From a virus, in the IMG/VR virus record IMGVR_UViG_3300034102_001514, positions 1 to 64,000 of that record: a stretch of DNA of 64,000 nt; one strand, 5' to 3'. Under the pieces are notes generated by a model. The model was not told the origin of the DNA. It saw nothing but the letters and a program-made list of their open reading frames with translations, and did no database searches. Within the stretch, counting starts at the first letter, position 1; the number at the start of each line of letters is the position of its first letter. Shown one piece after another: positions 20,901-31,023 of this stretch. A program made the translations under genes and the position numbers.

Positions 20901-22508
20901 AGCATACCACGATTGTGCTTGAGATGATGTTAGTGGTTGTAAAACATATGGGAATGTTGATACTTTTGGATATGGTGTAATTGTAAAGGCAGATGATGAC
21001 CAATGTGTATAGATTGAAGATGTATCTTGATAATACATCCAATATTCAAACCCATCAAATGCGCCAACTATTTTATCCCTACGACTAATTGATTGTGAAA
21101 TATTGGTTAATGCGGCTGAACCGCTGACACCTGTTAAGAAATCAATTCGTGAGTTGTATGCCTCAATTTGTTGAAGTTTATATACAAAGTTTTCAACTCG
21201 TTCGGTGGCTGATGAAAAGTGGATGTAGTTTTGGAAATCGTTGTATTGAATATTTAACTTTATCTTTCCAAGAGAACCACTAAAATAGTAGTCAATAATT
21301 TGTTGAGATGTAGATAAATTTGCATCCAATAAATCATTCCAAGTTTTGAAATCAGTTCCATCAGACTTACCATACGATTCCATTTCAATAGCAAAGTTTG
21401 GTGTTGAAAAATCATCTTTGTCTTGTGATTGAATTGCTGGAAATGCTATTACCTTATCTACCCAAGTTTTTAGTATTCTAGCATCAACACTTAAATTATC
21501 ACCAACCTCAATTGAAGGTTCAAGTGGTTTTAATAATTTAACAATTACTACATTTAATTCTGATAGTGTATTGTTATACCGCTTGTAATTTAAGTTTAAT
21601 TTCCCTACCTCAACTTGATACCTTTTATCAACAAGAGTTGTATCCGAAAGAAACTCTGAAATTTCTAAAGGAACATCACTTGGAATGTCAGGAAATACAA
21701 ATGTATTTTGACCAGGATTCCACTTTAAAGTTCCGTTTGTATTTTGTTGTAATTCGTATTTTCTAAACCTACCCGTTGGAGTTCCCAATACAGGAGTAGT
21801 TTGATTAATTGCTGGGTTAAAAACTTCAATGAAAGTTCTCCAAATACCAATACCACCAGCAATGACATCATCTAATGGAACAAATACAGTTGGAGTTGAC
21901 TGAACTATTCCCGTAGGATAGTTTAAGGTTTCGGTTATTTCACCAATACGAGGACCATCAAAAAGTAAATTAGTTACATCGTAAATTTCATTATCACTAA
22001 AATTAAGAACAAAATCTTTTTTTCGTAAAAACGCATTAAATGAATTTGAACCAAGAGATTGATTTATTGCGTTTAGTGGTTGAAAGGCATTTGGTGTATT
22101 TGTTTTTGATACTAAACGAACTTCCGTTCTATCCGCTGAAATAGCATTAACCTTTAAGTTTGAAACAACATTATGATGAAAGTTATATAATACTGAATAA
22201 TTACCTTCGTTAATTCCACCTTGTCTTAAATCTAATTCAGGAACTACATAAACCGCTGGTTTACCATTTGTAAGAATAGAACGAATTGGTTGACCATATA
22301 GTGATGCAAGTAAATTGTCTTCACCATAAATGTGAATTTCAGACGCATTGGTTAGTGCTGCGCCAGAGTATGTTCCATCAATATCGGTTTGCGTAATTTG
22401 GTCGTTGAACTTCTCAATACGAGGTTCTTCATCAGCAAACATAGTTTTGCCAAAGACGGGAGTTACACCGACAACTTCATCTTTATTTTCAAATCTATCT
22501 AATGACAT
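17931..22508 (-). CDS. Large baseplate wedge/tail protein (gp7/P2-I-like domain)
   Basis: NNLPYIYKTKGTPRSIKALLATYG motif; position in baseplate block. Confidence 0.65.
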   Translation of the reverse strand: MSLDRFENKDEVVGVTPVFGKTMFADEEPRIEKFNDQITQTDIDGTYSGAALTNASEIHIYGEDNLLASLYGQPIRSILTNGKPAVYVVPELDLRQGGINEGNYSVLYNFHHNVVSNLKVNAISADRTEVRLVSKTNTPNAFQPLNAINQSLGSNSFNAFLRKKDFVLNFSDNEIYDVTNLLFDGPRIGEITETLNYPTGIVQSTPTVFVPLDDVIAGGIGIWRTFIEVFNPAINQTTPVLGTPTGRFRKYELQQNTNGTLKWNPGQNTFVFPDIPSDVPLEISEFLSDTTLVDKRYQVEVGKLNLNYKRYNNTLSELNVVIVKLLKPLEPSIEVGDNLSVDARILKTWVDKVIAFPAIQSQDKDDFSTPNFAIEMESYGKSDGTDFKTWNDLLDANLSTSQQIIDYYFSGSLGKIKLNIQYNDFQNYIHFSSATERVENFVYKLQQIEAYNSRIDFLTGVSGSAALTNISQSISRRDKIVGAFDGFEYWMYYQDTSSIYTHWSSSAFTITPYPKVSTFPYVLQPLTSSQAQSWYAGVQSSASLYDSQNPARLRNFIPIHLQEDDKNSDYITFIDMIGQHFDISWTYINSLSDINKREEHPWDGMSDDLLFNVAKSMGWSLSNGYGDSDLWTYVLGTNQTGSLAQTGQLKTKSREKIVKETWRRIVNNLPYIYKTKGTPRSIKALLATYGIPQAFLQIREYGGPTIIDVPNQYEHERFVYKVNIDAQAGKYIVNPWGQIQPEGYSSRFPYSIEVIAKLPASIGSDDGGATGEYTIFDMVVPGERMSVKFNGVNSTTANFTLVSGSTSLLTTNNFTWNGSRDVVIVLNNDSTTTSLRAAMPDNFGGILSSVSASIATPGTVTAIWGSNGSLNVGSPTDNDYTQFNLQELRYYYNTISQEIVEDHAKNRDAYFIDDNTTDLDTTGSLVTLLYRQFFDSKYGGSNWNSGSLHPNQEVTTTSTGKILSCSFGPSVSAADLEGELDTYYSKIPSAGALNVNNNKIRIESSSLAGVLSPDKSQENSQYDYAPLDSNLVGVYFSTTDTVNYDIYNSEGYFEIDDWVGDTDERYNESYPLLRYRSQNYFAKYTTKTALNLILSLLARYDSSIFSQIKQVLPARVNYMSGILIEPHILERNKYKRNRGITRDFHQYVGTIPFYVESNITASRNDYGFSSGSGIVNDGAIDLYNYLPSTYQYQIATLSSSISCSIVSTNVSASVLSDNLAGGNNQFNFTSITTNASLLSHITSSILWVVDKNNEMVFVSGGFSISASVSLITTDDSQGTIELTSGYTIDASFNSQNRVFILSSTNDPTQDEFAEFISSSLVCDSVTTYVNRTNGYWEYSPTGSQAVNARTTSQAFIVNRFFSTAGSASRNEAFSSSLSPADVQEYRGLSIENLYFNGCRITSDSLTTDSTDTPDGGPVIEVNVVDSNTLVLSTKTALDGDLRIGSAEPIQTMVPTELISLQNYEESISQTSTQKRNDIDTEQAVLNAPFIYTIPSRPLYRDAVSTQQQVAGNVTIQTNFIQPRNG

Positions 22509-22519
22509 TTACTTTATCC

Positions 22520-22942
22520 TTATAATTCTTGCCAGAATGTTCCAGTCCACGAATAAGGTACGGTAGCCCCATCAGTTCTTGTAAATACTCTATACTCGTT
22601 AATATAAAGACCAACTTCCCCAAATGGTGCTGTATCTATTGAACCAATAACAGTACCACCATCGTTAGTAGCTCTTTGGTCTTGTGTAGTTATGATTTCA
22701 TTCAATACAATTTGAGTATCTATAATCGTATCGGATGTAACCAATTCCAAAGTAATATCAGTATTGATTTCCTCGTTGAATGAACCAGAACTATATTTTT
22801 CAATAACAGTTCCTTCTTCGTTTGGACCTTGTAATAAAAACTTACCATATTCTGGCGTAGCAACAGTTGGGTCATTAATTGCAGCAATTTCATATGATAC
22901 AATCTGACCTCTACTATTTCTTTTTATTTGTCTTTCCGCCAT
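22520..22942 (-). CDS. Hypothetical structural protein
   Basis: ORF within baseplate operon. Confidence 0.6.
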   Translation of the reverse strand: MAERQIKRNSRGQIVSYEIAAINDPTVATPEYGKFLLQGPNEEGTVIEKYSSGSFNEEINTDITLELVTSDTIIDTQIVLNEIITTQDQRATNDGGTVIGSIDTAPFGEVGLYINEYRVFTRTDGATVPYSWTGTFWQEL

Positions 22943-22943
22943 A

Positions 22944-24983
22944 TTATCTTACCACTTTGAAAAAGAAATTATCATCATAGAATTTTGTAGTTCCGTTTGT
23001 AGAATCTACAACCTTAAATACAAACTTGTAGTATCTTTCAGGTTGTAACCCATTAAACCAAAAGTTAAAGTAATTTGATGTAGAATCACAACTTAACTTT
23101 GTATATGTATCATCAAACGGAATAAATGTCTTATTTGTTTCAGCGTCAACTACCGAGTAATATGCGGTAGTTGGAAGATACTTAACACTTTTAATTGGTG
23201 ATGCGTTAGCAAAGGTTCTTGCTGGAAATCTTTCACGACCATATACTCTAATTTTACTTTTAGAATTTTCTTTATATTCTGATTGGAAATCTTTTACATA
23301 AACAATCAAATCAGAATTAGTTTGTGGTGATAAAGAGCCCGTTGTAAATGTAGTATTGTTCCAACGAACTTCAAGAGTCGGAACATAGATGGTATGGGTA
23401 TCTGATGAAAAGAATTTAGCCGTTCCAAACTTACGAGTAGATGATTCATCCTCTTTTGATTTTAAAACAATGAAACCATAATTCTCACGATGACCTTCTA
23501 AAAAGTCATTGATGTAATCAGTCACCTCAACATTTAAGTTTTGAATATACTTGTCAAATGATTGGTAGTAGTGATTGCCTGTTAGGAATGATGAAGTATA
23601 CCAAGTTCCACCGCCAGAGTTTACAGCTCCTCTGGCTTCGTATTCATTATCTAATACCAACGATGATGTTGGATATAATGCAGCGTCGGTTTGTAATTTA
23701 AAGTTTTGGATGAAAGCATTTCCTTGGCCCGAACCACTTGCGTAGTAAGACCATCTAAATGAGTATTCACCATTTTGGTCTGCAACAAAACTTTGTGTAT
23801 ATGGACCTGATTGAGTTAATAGTTGAAATGTTTCTTCTCTACCGTCGGGTTCAATAACTTGATATTTTAAATTGTTAAGACCGGAGCCCGTATCAAAATA
23901 AAAACTTGAGGTGTATGTAACGCCCGAATATAAATCAAAATTTCTATTTACAGCAGCACCACCAAAATTAGATGCTGTTAAGAAAAGTTTTGATGCACTT
24001 ACAAATATACTTGGTAATTCACCAGCAGAACCTGTTATAGTATTATTTAAAAAATAAACAGTAGTTGTACTTGGTATAGCGTATGTGTCCCATAATAGAG
24101 TTCCAGCAGGAGGAGTACCATAGATGTAAAAATTATCTATAAATCCATCAGAACCATTTGAACCATTTCTATCAAAAAATGTTAAAGATACTTCGTATAC
24201 ACCAGACTGATTTGGTGTAAATTTAACGGATTGGGTTGATGCTGCTGAAATTGATTGTGTATAGTTTGATAGATTTGTTAAATACACACTATTATATGCA
24301 ACTCTAAAATCAATACCAGTTAGTGTATTTGGGTCAACTTCAAATGTAATATTATATTCTTGACCACCCAACAACGAAGCACTTAATAATGTGGTTCCAC
24401 CACCAAAGTTAGCGCACGAAAGTTTCATTCTACCATTTTCTACGGATATGGATGGAGCTGTTCCATCGGTTCCAAGAATACTTTGTGATGTATCTAATGT
24501 AAAAGAACCAACCGATGCCACAAAGGTATATGCTGACAATAGGTTTGAAATCGTTTCGGGATTTGTTGGTTTGTTTACAGTTTCGTTTTCAACATCCCAA
24601 ATTGAACCACTAGCACGATACACCCAAGATACATCAACTTCATTGTGTGGAGTATCTGACTCTTTACCAATACCTTCTAACCATTGTTCTTTTACAGGAT
24701 AAACATACAAATCGTAATTTGATGCGATTTCAGCTTCTTCGGTAGATTCCAAATTTAGGTAGTATTTAATGCTACCACTAATATCATTACTTGAAATTAA
24801 ACTTGAAATAGTATCAAGGTCAAACTCAATTAAGATTCTACTATTACCAATTAAGGTAGATGGGTTAGTGGGGTCGTAAAACTTACCAACCTCAAGAATC
24901 TCATCCTTGCCAGTATTTTGATTTTTACGAGCAGTATCCTCATAAATTGTGGCGTCTTTTTTTGGATAAATTCTATAAATCAT
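22944..24983 (-). CDS. Baseplate/tail protein with carbohydrate-binding-like inserts
   Basis: KDATIYE..NTGKDEILEV N-terminus; internal repeated beta-sandwich-like segments; FFSSDTHTIYVPTLEVRW. Confidence 0.6.
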   Translation of the reverse strand: MIYRIYPKKDATIYEDTARKNQNTGKDEILEVGKFYDPTNPSTLIGNSRILIEFDLDTISSLISSNDISGSIKYYLNLESTEEAEIASNYDLYVYPVKEQWLEGIGKESDTPHNEVDVSWVYRASGSIWDVENETVNKPTNPETISNLLSAYTFVASVGSFTLDTSQSILGTDGTAPSISVENGRMKLSCANFGGGTTLLSASLLGGQEYNITFEVDPNTLTGIDFRVAYNSVYLTNLSNYTQSISAASTQSVKFTPNQSGVYEVSLTFFDRNGSNGSDGFIDNFYIYGTPPAGTLLWDTYAIPSTTTVYFLNNTITGSAGELPSIFVSASKLFLTASNFGGAAVNRNFDLYSGVTYTSSFYFDTGSGLNNLKYQVIEPDGREETFQLLTQSGPYTQSFVADQNGEYSFRWSYYASGSGQGNAFIQNFKLQTDAALYPTSSLVLDNEYEARGAVNSGGGTWYTSSFLTGNHYYQSFDKYIQNLNVEVTDYINDFLEGHRENYGFIVLKSKEDESSTRKFGTAKFFSSDTHTIYVPTLEVRWNNTTFTTGSLSPQTNSDLIVYVKDFQSEYKENSKSKIRVYGRERFPARTFANASPIKSVKYLPTTAYYSVVDAETNKTFIPFDDTYTKLSCDSTSNYFNFWFNGLQPERYYKFVFKVVDSTNGTTKFYDDNFFFKVVR

Positions 24984-24993
24984 TTTCTACCTC

Positions 24994-26910
24994 TTAATAT
25001 GTCATTGGGACTACCTTACCTTTGATATCAAGGTCAGGGTATTTAATTTCAAAAATTGATGGGTCTTTTGGTGGATATACAACTCCTTGTTTTGTTGCGT
25101 TTACAATGTCGTATTTGTTTTCGGAGTATACACCACCCCACTTGTTTACAACCTGTAAGCCACCCACACCATCTCTATCAGGTCTTACAACAGTCTGAAC
25201 TCCATCAATTCTATCCAATAGAATATAGAGTTCTGATAACATAATTGGTTGGTTGATTTGTCTTTTATCAATATTAAAGTAATCTTTTAGTGCGTTAATA
25301 CATCTTAAAAGAACTTCATTAGAATTATAATTTGGAAGAACAATCACTTCAAAATCAATACCAATATTTACAACATATCCATTTTTAATATTTACAGCAT
25401 CAGTCAACATACGATAGTATGACAAGTAGTTCTTTAAGTTTTCCTTGGTAGCTGCATTTAAACTCTTTAATTTTTTTTCATTATCATAACCCAAAACATA
25501 AAGGTTTAATGCTAATGGATTTGCAATTGGGTTTGGACCATCATCAAGTAAAGTTTGAACTTGCCAATCAGGTGCAAGAAACGCTTTTGCTACTGAACCA
25601 AATTGTGGTGGTAAAGCGTATGCTCTTAAAACATAATCTTCCTTGGTGACCGCTCTATTTTGAGCTGCAAAGTAAGCCATTGCGTTTTGGCGAACTTGTT
25701 CAATGTCTTCTTCAAATTTAGCACCACCAGCAGCAGCTTCGTTAGTCACTGCAACTGAATTTTGAACTACTCTAAATTTATCTTCGTTTAACGCTGATTG
25801 ATTTTGGTTTTCAAATATGACTGTATCAATTTCAGTTAAGTCTCTTGATGGAACATTATCTAATACACCATTACCAGTGCGATATGTTACGGTTAAAGTT
25901 GAATTGGATGGAGCGACACCATATGTTTTTGAATACATAAAGTTTGATGGGTCAATACCTTGGTCAAGGTCACCACTTGCAGGATAAAGTGCAGAACCCA
26001 CATTATCTGGATTTGGTAAGATTTCTTCATCAGCATTTGATGATATACCAGCACCAAACTGAATTGTAATTGAGTTGTCCTCTTCAATTCGGGTAATATA
26101 TCTTTTTGGAACTCTTTTTAATCTTAAAAGATATGGAGTTTCGCCAGCATACAAGTTATAGTTTAAAGAGTATGCGGATGTATTTGGAACTTGTTCAAAA
26201 ATAGTATCTTGAGCCAGATATGGAACCTTGGACCAAGTATCACCATTATCATCTACAATCTTTACAACATCAATTAAGTTTTCTTCATCAATACGAATCT
26301 TGTCGTAAATTTTTGGAGAATCAAAAACAAATTCTTGTGTTGCTTCTTGACCACTAACGGCTTTAACATATTTTTTTAACAAGTAATATGTTGGTTCAGT
26401 TGTAGTATCATTTGTTTGATAAACCGTAACTTCCGTTGGGTCAAACGATGATGAAAATGCAAAATCTACTTTTTGAGTTGTGGAAAACTGAATTTCGTTA
26501 TTGGTAGCCGAATTGACTTTCATACCTTCTTTGACTTTCAAAGCGTAATCAAAATCAGGAGTAACATTATCACCACTACCTTTTGAGGGAATGATTTGGT
26601 AGATTGTTAAAATTGTGGTCGCAGGAACATTCAACTTTGGTTTGTATCCCATAGCTTGAGAAATAAGGAATACATTACCCTTTTCTTGTGCTTGTTCAAG
26701 AATTGATTCTCTTAACTGAACATCAGTATAGTAAGAAAGAACATCACCCACATATGATGCCATTTCAATAAACATCATTCCAGGAGATGACTCATTAAAG
26801 TCATTGTAAGTTTCGGGAAAGTAGTTTTTAGCAAAGTCAATAAGATTCTTACGGAAATCTCCAAAATCTCTACCAATTAAACTTACTTCTTTATTTACCT
26901 TATCAGTCAT
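24994..26910 (-). CDS. Baseplate wedge subunit (T4 gp6/baseplate J-like)
   Basis: RDFGDFRKNLI..YNDFNESSPGMMFIEM..; QNRAVTKEDY motif. Confidence 0.85.
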   Translation of the reverse strand: MTDKVNKEVSLIGRDFGDFRKNLIDFAKNYFPETYNDFNESSPGMMFIEMASYVGDVLSYYTDVQLRESILEQAQEKGNVFLISQAMGYKPKLNVPATTILTIYQIIPSKGSGDNVTPDFDYALKVKEGMKVNSATNNEIQFSTTQKVDFAFSSSFDPTEVTVYQTNDTTTEPTYYLLKKYVKAVSGQEATQEFVFDSPKIYDKIRIDEENLIDVVKIVDDNGDTWSKVPYLAQDTIFEQVPNTSAYSLNYNLYAGETPYLLRLKRVPKRYITRIEEDNSITIQFGAGISSNADEEILPNPDNVGSALYPASGDLDQGIDPSNFMYSKTYGVAPSNSTLTVTYRTGNGVLDNVPSRDLTEIDTVIFENQNQSALNEDKFRVVQNSVAVTNEAAAGGAKFEEDIEQVRQNAMAYFAAQNRAVTKEDYVLRAYALPPQFGSVAKAFLAPDWQVQTLLDDGPNPIANPLALNLYVLGYDNEKKLKSLNAATKENLKNYLSYYRMLTDAVNIKNGYVVNIGIDFEVIVLPNYNSNEVLLRCINALKDYFNIDKRQINQPIMLSELYILLDRIDGVQTVVRPDRDGVGGLQVVNKWGGVYSENKYDIVNATKQGVVYPPKDPSIFEIKYPDLDIKGKVVPMTY

Positions 26911-26919
26911 TTATATTCC

Positions 26920-27354
26920 TTAAGCAATAGTTAGACCACCTTGTTGGTCTACATAGATAATTATAGTTTGATTTGCGCCACTTTCAGTTACTCTAAAATT
27001 AAGTGATATATTAACTCTATTGGAATCCGGCTGAGCGTCTACAATAACATCACTTAATAAAATATACGGCAACCAGAAACCAATATCCTCGGATATAGAC
27101 GCTTTTAAATTGTCTTCAATAAAACCACCTATTTGCTCAAATAAAAGTGAGTATACATCCGTTCCAAATAGAGGTTGGAAAGGTCGTTCACCTTTACGAG
27201 TTAGGACTAAATTTTTTAGATTAGAAATGGCTTGTTCTTCGGTTGTGTAAGATAATTGGAAAACGCCTGCTCCACCGAATGGTAATTTAACACCAACGGC
27301 AACATTCTTTTTTAAATCAATTGGATTTATTTTCCATTCCTTACGAACAGCCAT
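26920..27354 (-). CDS. Baseplate wedge gp25-like protein
   Basis: NLKNLVLTRKGERPFQPLFG..LLFE motif. Confidence 0.88.
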   Translation of the reverse strand: MAVRKEWKINPIDLKKNVAVGVKLPFGGAGVFQLSYTTEEQAISNLKNLVLTRKGERPFQPLFGTDVYSLLFEQIGGFIEDNLKASISEDIGFWLPYILLSDVIVDAQPDSNRVNISLNFRVTESGANQTIIIYVDQQGGLTIA

Positions 27355-27839
27355 TACTTACCTTTCTTGGCGTTAATCGCCTTCATTAATCCGGAGTAAT
27401 CTCGTGTTAATGCGTTTACCACCGCTTGACCGGCTTCAGTTTGTTGTAATTGTTCAATCGGAATAGCTCTACCCTCCGCGGTTTGTAAAACATCCGGGGT
27501 TTGGTTCATAGCACCCCAAGCCATTGCTTGATTTGAATTAAAAGCACCACCGGTAGAGTTAATACTTCTCCAATCACCACCATCAGCGGTTTCATTAAGT
27601 AGAGATGCAAACTTACCCTCAAACTTTGGACCAGATTTTTTCTTTGGTGTTTGAGATTCAAAAATGTGACTTACCTCTAATGGGTCAGCTTCAACCTTTG
27701 GAATTTGTTTTTGAATTGGTTTTGATTTAATTTCTTTTAAAATAGATTCACGGATGGCTTTTTCACGCTTAGCCACTTCCTTCTTCACTTCCTCTTGGAC
27801 AATGATTTGAATTGCTTTAAATAGTTTATTTGTATCCAT
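27354..27839 (-). CDS. Hypothetical phage protein (possible head-associated)
   Basis: ORF with late-promoter motif; ALTRDYSGLMKA C-terminus; LNE/IRES motifs. Confidence 0.6.
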   Translation of the reverse strand: MDTNKLFKAIQIIVQEEVKKEVAKREKAIRESILKEIKSKPIQKQIPKVEADPLEVSHIFESQTPKKKSGPKFEGKFASLLNETADGGDWRSINSTGGAFNSNQAMAWGAMNQTPDVLQTAEGRAIPIEQLQQTEAGQAVVNALTRDYSGLMKAINAKKGK

Positions 27840-27850
27840 AGTAATAAATA

Positions 27851-28888
27851 TCAGTTTTTCATCAATTGTAGTTCGGTCTTTATTTTAAGTAATTTACCTG
27901 TTATTGGAGTTAGTTGACTTGTCAATGTTGCTCCAAGAGCCGTGGTTAATGGTAGTGCTGTTAAAGCAGCTGCAAGGGTTAGTAAAGCATTATTTAACGC
28001 GGTAACTTGTGCTTCTAAATTTGCAAGTTGAGTAAACATTTTATCCATATCAGCTTTCCAACTTGGAGTAGAAACATAAACTCCTTTTTCACCACTAATA
28101 AGAACGCTATCTTTTTTAGAGTTAATTAAAACTCGGTCAGAGTTTAATACCGCTTGTGGGTTTTGATAAATTCCACTTGGAACTACTCCAATTGAAAATG
28201 GTCTTGTTTTAATTTGAAGTTTTTGTTGTGAGGTAAGATATAGTGATGAGTCGTCACGATTTATATCTTCAACTATAAACTTGTTATATCCACGAGAAAA
28301 CCCAACACCATTTCTAATAATTGTGATTGGGGCTTCAGGTCGTGGTGATGTCCAACTTGGTTCTATCGTAGCACCACTTACCAAACTATTAGTTCTTTTT
28401 GTATTTCGTGGAGTGTATCCAAAACGAATTGATTGGCCAAATCTACCTTCAAAAATAACATCACCAAGATATGGTTGTAATTGAGATAGGTTTTTTAATT
28501 CAACAAATCCGTTTCCAAAATCATGTGGAGAATCAACCGATGATTGGGCTGAAACACCAGCAAAAGCACCATCTATATTACCAAGCCCTACGGATGATTT
28601 ACTATTAAGTTTTGGTAATGCGTTATGATTTATGTTTGACTGAATACCAACCGTTGAAATATAATAATTTCTCGTTGATGACCTTTTTTGTGAATTTGCA
28701 TCAGCATTGGAACCCAATACCACCATTACTTGTTCACCAATAACAGGAATCTTTTTAGAAGTCATATCAAGTGGATATGCTTCAATTGTATTACCTGTGA
28801 GACCCGTGGTAGTTGCTACATAAATTTTATATAACTTTTCAGAGTCTTTATCATCTAATACTATATTTTCTACCGTACCAAATATCAC
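27851..28888 (-). CDS. Baseplate hub/spike protein (gp5/gpV-like)
   Basis: IPVIGEQV OB-fold motif; GDVIFEGRFGQSIRF; LNSDRVLINSK beta-helix-like region. Confidence 0.65.
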   Translation of the reverse strand: MIFGTVENIVLDDKDSEKLYKIYVATTTGLTGNTIEAYPLDMTSKKIPVIGEQVMVVLGSNADANSQKRSSTRNYYISTVGIQSNINHNALPKLNSKSSVGLGNIDGAFAGVSAQSSVDSPHDFGNGFVELKNLSQLQPYLGDVIFEGRFGQSIRFGYTPRNTKRTNSLVSGATIEPSWTSPRPEAPITIIRNGVGFSRGYNKFIVEDINRDDSSLYLTSQQKLQIKTRPFSIGVVPSGIYQNPQAVLNSDRVLINSKKDSVLISGEKGVYVSTPSWKADMDKMFTQLANLEAQVTALNNALLTLAAALTALPLTTALGATLTSQLTPITGKLLKIKTELQLMKN

Positions 28889-29244
28889 AAATCTCCCTCA
28901 TCATCTTTTGGAAGGTCTTTTTCAACTTCTTCCATAGCTTGTATAAGTTGTTTTTTTTCATCCTCTGAAAGTAATAAACCACCCTCACCATCAGATTCAT
29001 TTTTTAACATTCGTTGAACAATCGCTGCAAGTTTAATTAGGGCATCATCATTTTTAACGGATACATCTAAATACTCTTTGATTAGGGGAACTACCGCAGC
29101 AGCATCGCCCACACTCTTTACCATAGGTTCAAGTTGGGCGATTAGCAATTTAATTTGTCGGTCTTTCTTTTTTGAATTGTTATAGATGTCAGACATCAAA
29201 TCCGAAAAAGTTTTACCCTTAAAGATTTCATCATCTTTATGCAT
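28885..29244 (-). CDS. Conserved hypothetical phage protein
   Basis: Translationally coupled ORF next to sigma-like gene. Confidence 0.65.
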   Translation of the reverse strand: MHKDDEIFKGKTFSDLMSDIYNNSKKKDRQIKLLIAQLEPMVKSVGDAAAVVPLIKEYLDVSVKNDDALIKLAAIVQRMLKNESDGEGGLLLSEDEKKQLIQAMEEVEKDLPKDDEGDL

Positions 29245-29953
29245 TGAATTCCTCTATACGATGGTTTAAGTTTTTTATTGTTCCCTTACTGTAGTCAGAA
29301 TATAATTCTGTGTAAATAACTTTGTATTTACCAACAATCTTTGTGATATATTGGGTTGATACTCCTGTTCGTTCTCTAATAAGTATGTATAATGCCTTTT
29401 TGTTGTAGGAATAAAGATTATCTCGGTGTTTAAATAACTCATTCAAAGAGTCTGCAATTTTTTGGTCTCTTTCTTTTGGAAATAAACGCTTCATATGAAA
29501 ATCCATATAATCTCCAAAGAAATCCATAAAGTCAGATTGAAACTCCAAGTTTTGTGCAATATAAGTTTCATTTACCACATCACGCTCATTATCAATAGAA
29601 TCAACATCGGTATGAGCCTTCATTCGTGCATAGTTCTGATTGTTCTCGTTGAATAGATAGTTTCTTGCAATTACCGTAAAGTAAGAGAACGCCCTACCAT
29701 TATCTCCATTAAACTTGTGAATCTTTTCATTTAGAAACGCAACCACATTCATCTTTACATCTTCATATGGAATATTAAAATAATATGTCTTATAAGTGTG
29801 AATTACATTCTCTACAAGTTTATCAAACGGATAGTGAATAAATCTATTGTAGATTTTATTTTTTAATCGTTGGTCATCAATTCGGTTGTAGGCGTTAATA
29901 GCCATCTCCGTAATTTGGGTGAAGTATCTTTTACTCTTTGCTTTTCTCGCCAT
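29237..29953 (-). CDS. RNA polymerase sigma factor, T4 gp55-like (late transcription)
   Basis: YFT N-terminal motif and RAFSYFTVIARNYL, resembling gp55 NPFAYFTQI. Confidence 0.7.
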   Translation of the reverse strand: MARKAKSKRYFTQITEMAINAYNRIDDQRLKNKIYNRFIHYPFDKLVENVIHTYKTYYFNIPYEDVKMNVVAFLNEKIHKFNGDNGRAFSYFTVIARNYLFNENNQNYARMKAHTDVDSIDNERDVVNETYIAQNLEFQSDFMDFFGDYMDFHMKRLFPKERDQKIADSLNELFKHRDNLYSYNKKALYILIRERTGVSTQYITKIVGKYKVIYTELYSDYSKGTIKNLNHRIEEFNA

Positions 29954-30248
29954 TATAATATACTTCCAATTGTTCTACAATTTCATAAAGTTCTTTGAAC
30001 ACATAACCCGTTTCATCATTGGCTTCAAATGAACCAAGTTTATCAATGTCTTTCATACGAGAAATAGCACTATCAATGTGACCAGCCATTTCCGAAAGTA
30101 AGACTTCAGCTTGTTCGTAATTACTACCCAAGTCCTCAAATTCAGCTTCAAGAGCTTCATACTTTTTTAACAAGTTCCAAACAGCATATCCAAGTGCTGA
30201 TGAAACTAATAATAAAATTAAAATAATCCAAATCATATTAATCCTCAA
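29931..30248 (-). CDS. Membrane-anchored coiled-coil protein
   Basis: N-terminal TM; GSFEANDETGYVF motif. Confidence 0.65.
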   Translation of the reverse strand: MRINMIWIILILLLVSSALGYAVWNLLKKYEALEAEFEDLGSNYEQAEVLLSEMAGHIDSAISRMKDIDKLGSFEANDETGYVFKELYEIVEQLEVYYNGEKSKE

Positions 30249-31020
30249 TTACATCTTTAAAAGCGTCAAATACATTCACAGTTCCAAACCCACCATTTGT
30301 AAATGCGTTTCCAAGGTCCGACTTTTTGGGTCTACCATTAGTTATATTACGAGTTGATTTTTGTGGTTGCATTTCTTTAATCCATCTTTCGTTTTCAAAT
30401 CGTGCGGCAAACAAGTCAGCAGTATGCATTATAAATGGTATTGATGTTTTGATTGCTTGGTCTTTATCAAACTTGATAAAATACTCTTTGTTGTTTTCAT
30501 CATACAACCCATCCGTAAGTTTAATACCAATCCACTCTTCTTCGGTGCATCTAATACCAAAGTAATTTAGATTATAAAAGGTTCTATCATTTAAAGACAT
30601 CCAATGAATATTAGGATTGTATTTGTAAATTTTACCTTGGTTTTTTACATGCCACTCTGAATCGTTCTTAATGTATAGGTCTTCCGATGGAGTTCCCAAC
30701 TTACCCAAGTCGTGGTGAAGCGCTGTAAAGATTAGGTTTTCACGGGTGTAATCATTCATACCCATACCCAATTCAGTATACAAATCATATACCTTCAAAG
30801 CATTACGAGTCACACGAAGAACGTGGTCTACATATCCTCCTGGAAAAGCATTATGAAAATGTTCAACCGATGAGGCTGGGGTATAAATCATACGCTCTTC
30901 AAAATGGTCATACATCTTGTTAAGAGCATCCAACCTTTCGCCTGTAAAGGTTTGGTTGATTAGTTTACGAAATTTTTCGTAGTTTTCTACAAGCTCTTCC
31001 GCCGTGAAAAAATTTACCAT
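30238..31020 (-). CDS. HD-domain phosphohydrolase
   Basis: HNAFPGGYVDH, LHHDLGK, HTADL motifs. Confidence 0.85.
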   Translation of the reverse strand: MVNFFTAEELVENYEKFRKLINQTFTGERLDALNKMYDHFEERMIYTPASSVEHFHNAFPGGYVDHVLRVTRNALKVYDLYTELGMGMNDYTRENLIFTALHHDLGKLGTPSEDLYIKNDSEWHVKNQGKIYKYNPNIHWMSLNDRTFYNLNYFGIRCTEEEWIGIKLTDGLYDENNKEYFIKFDKDQAIKTSIPFIMHTADLFAARFENERWIKEMQPQKSTRNITNGRPKKSDLGNAFTNGGFGTVNVFDAFKDVIED

Positions 31021-31023
31021 AGT

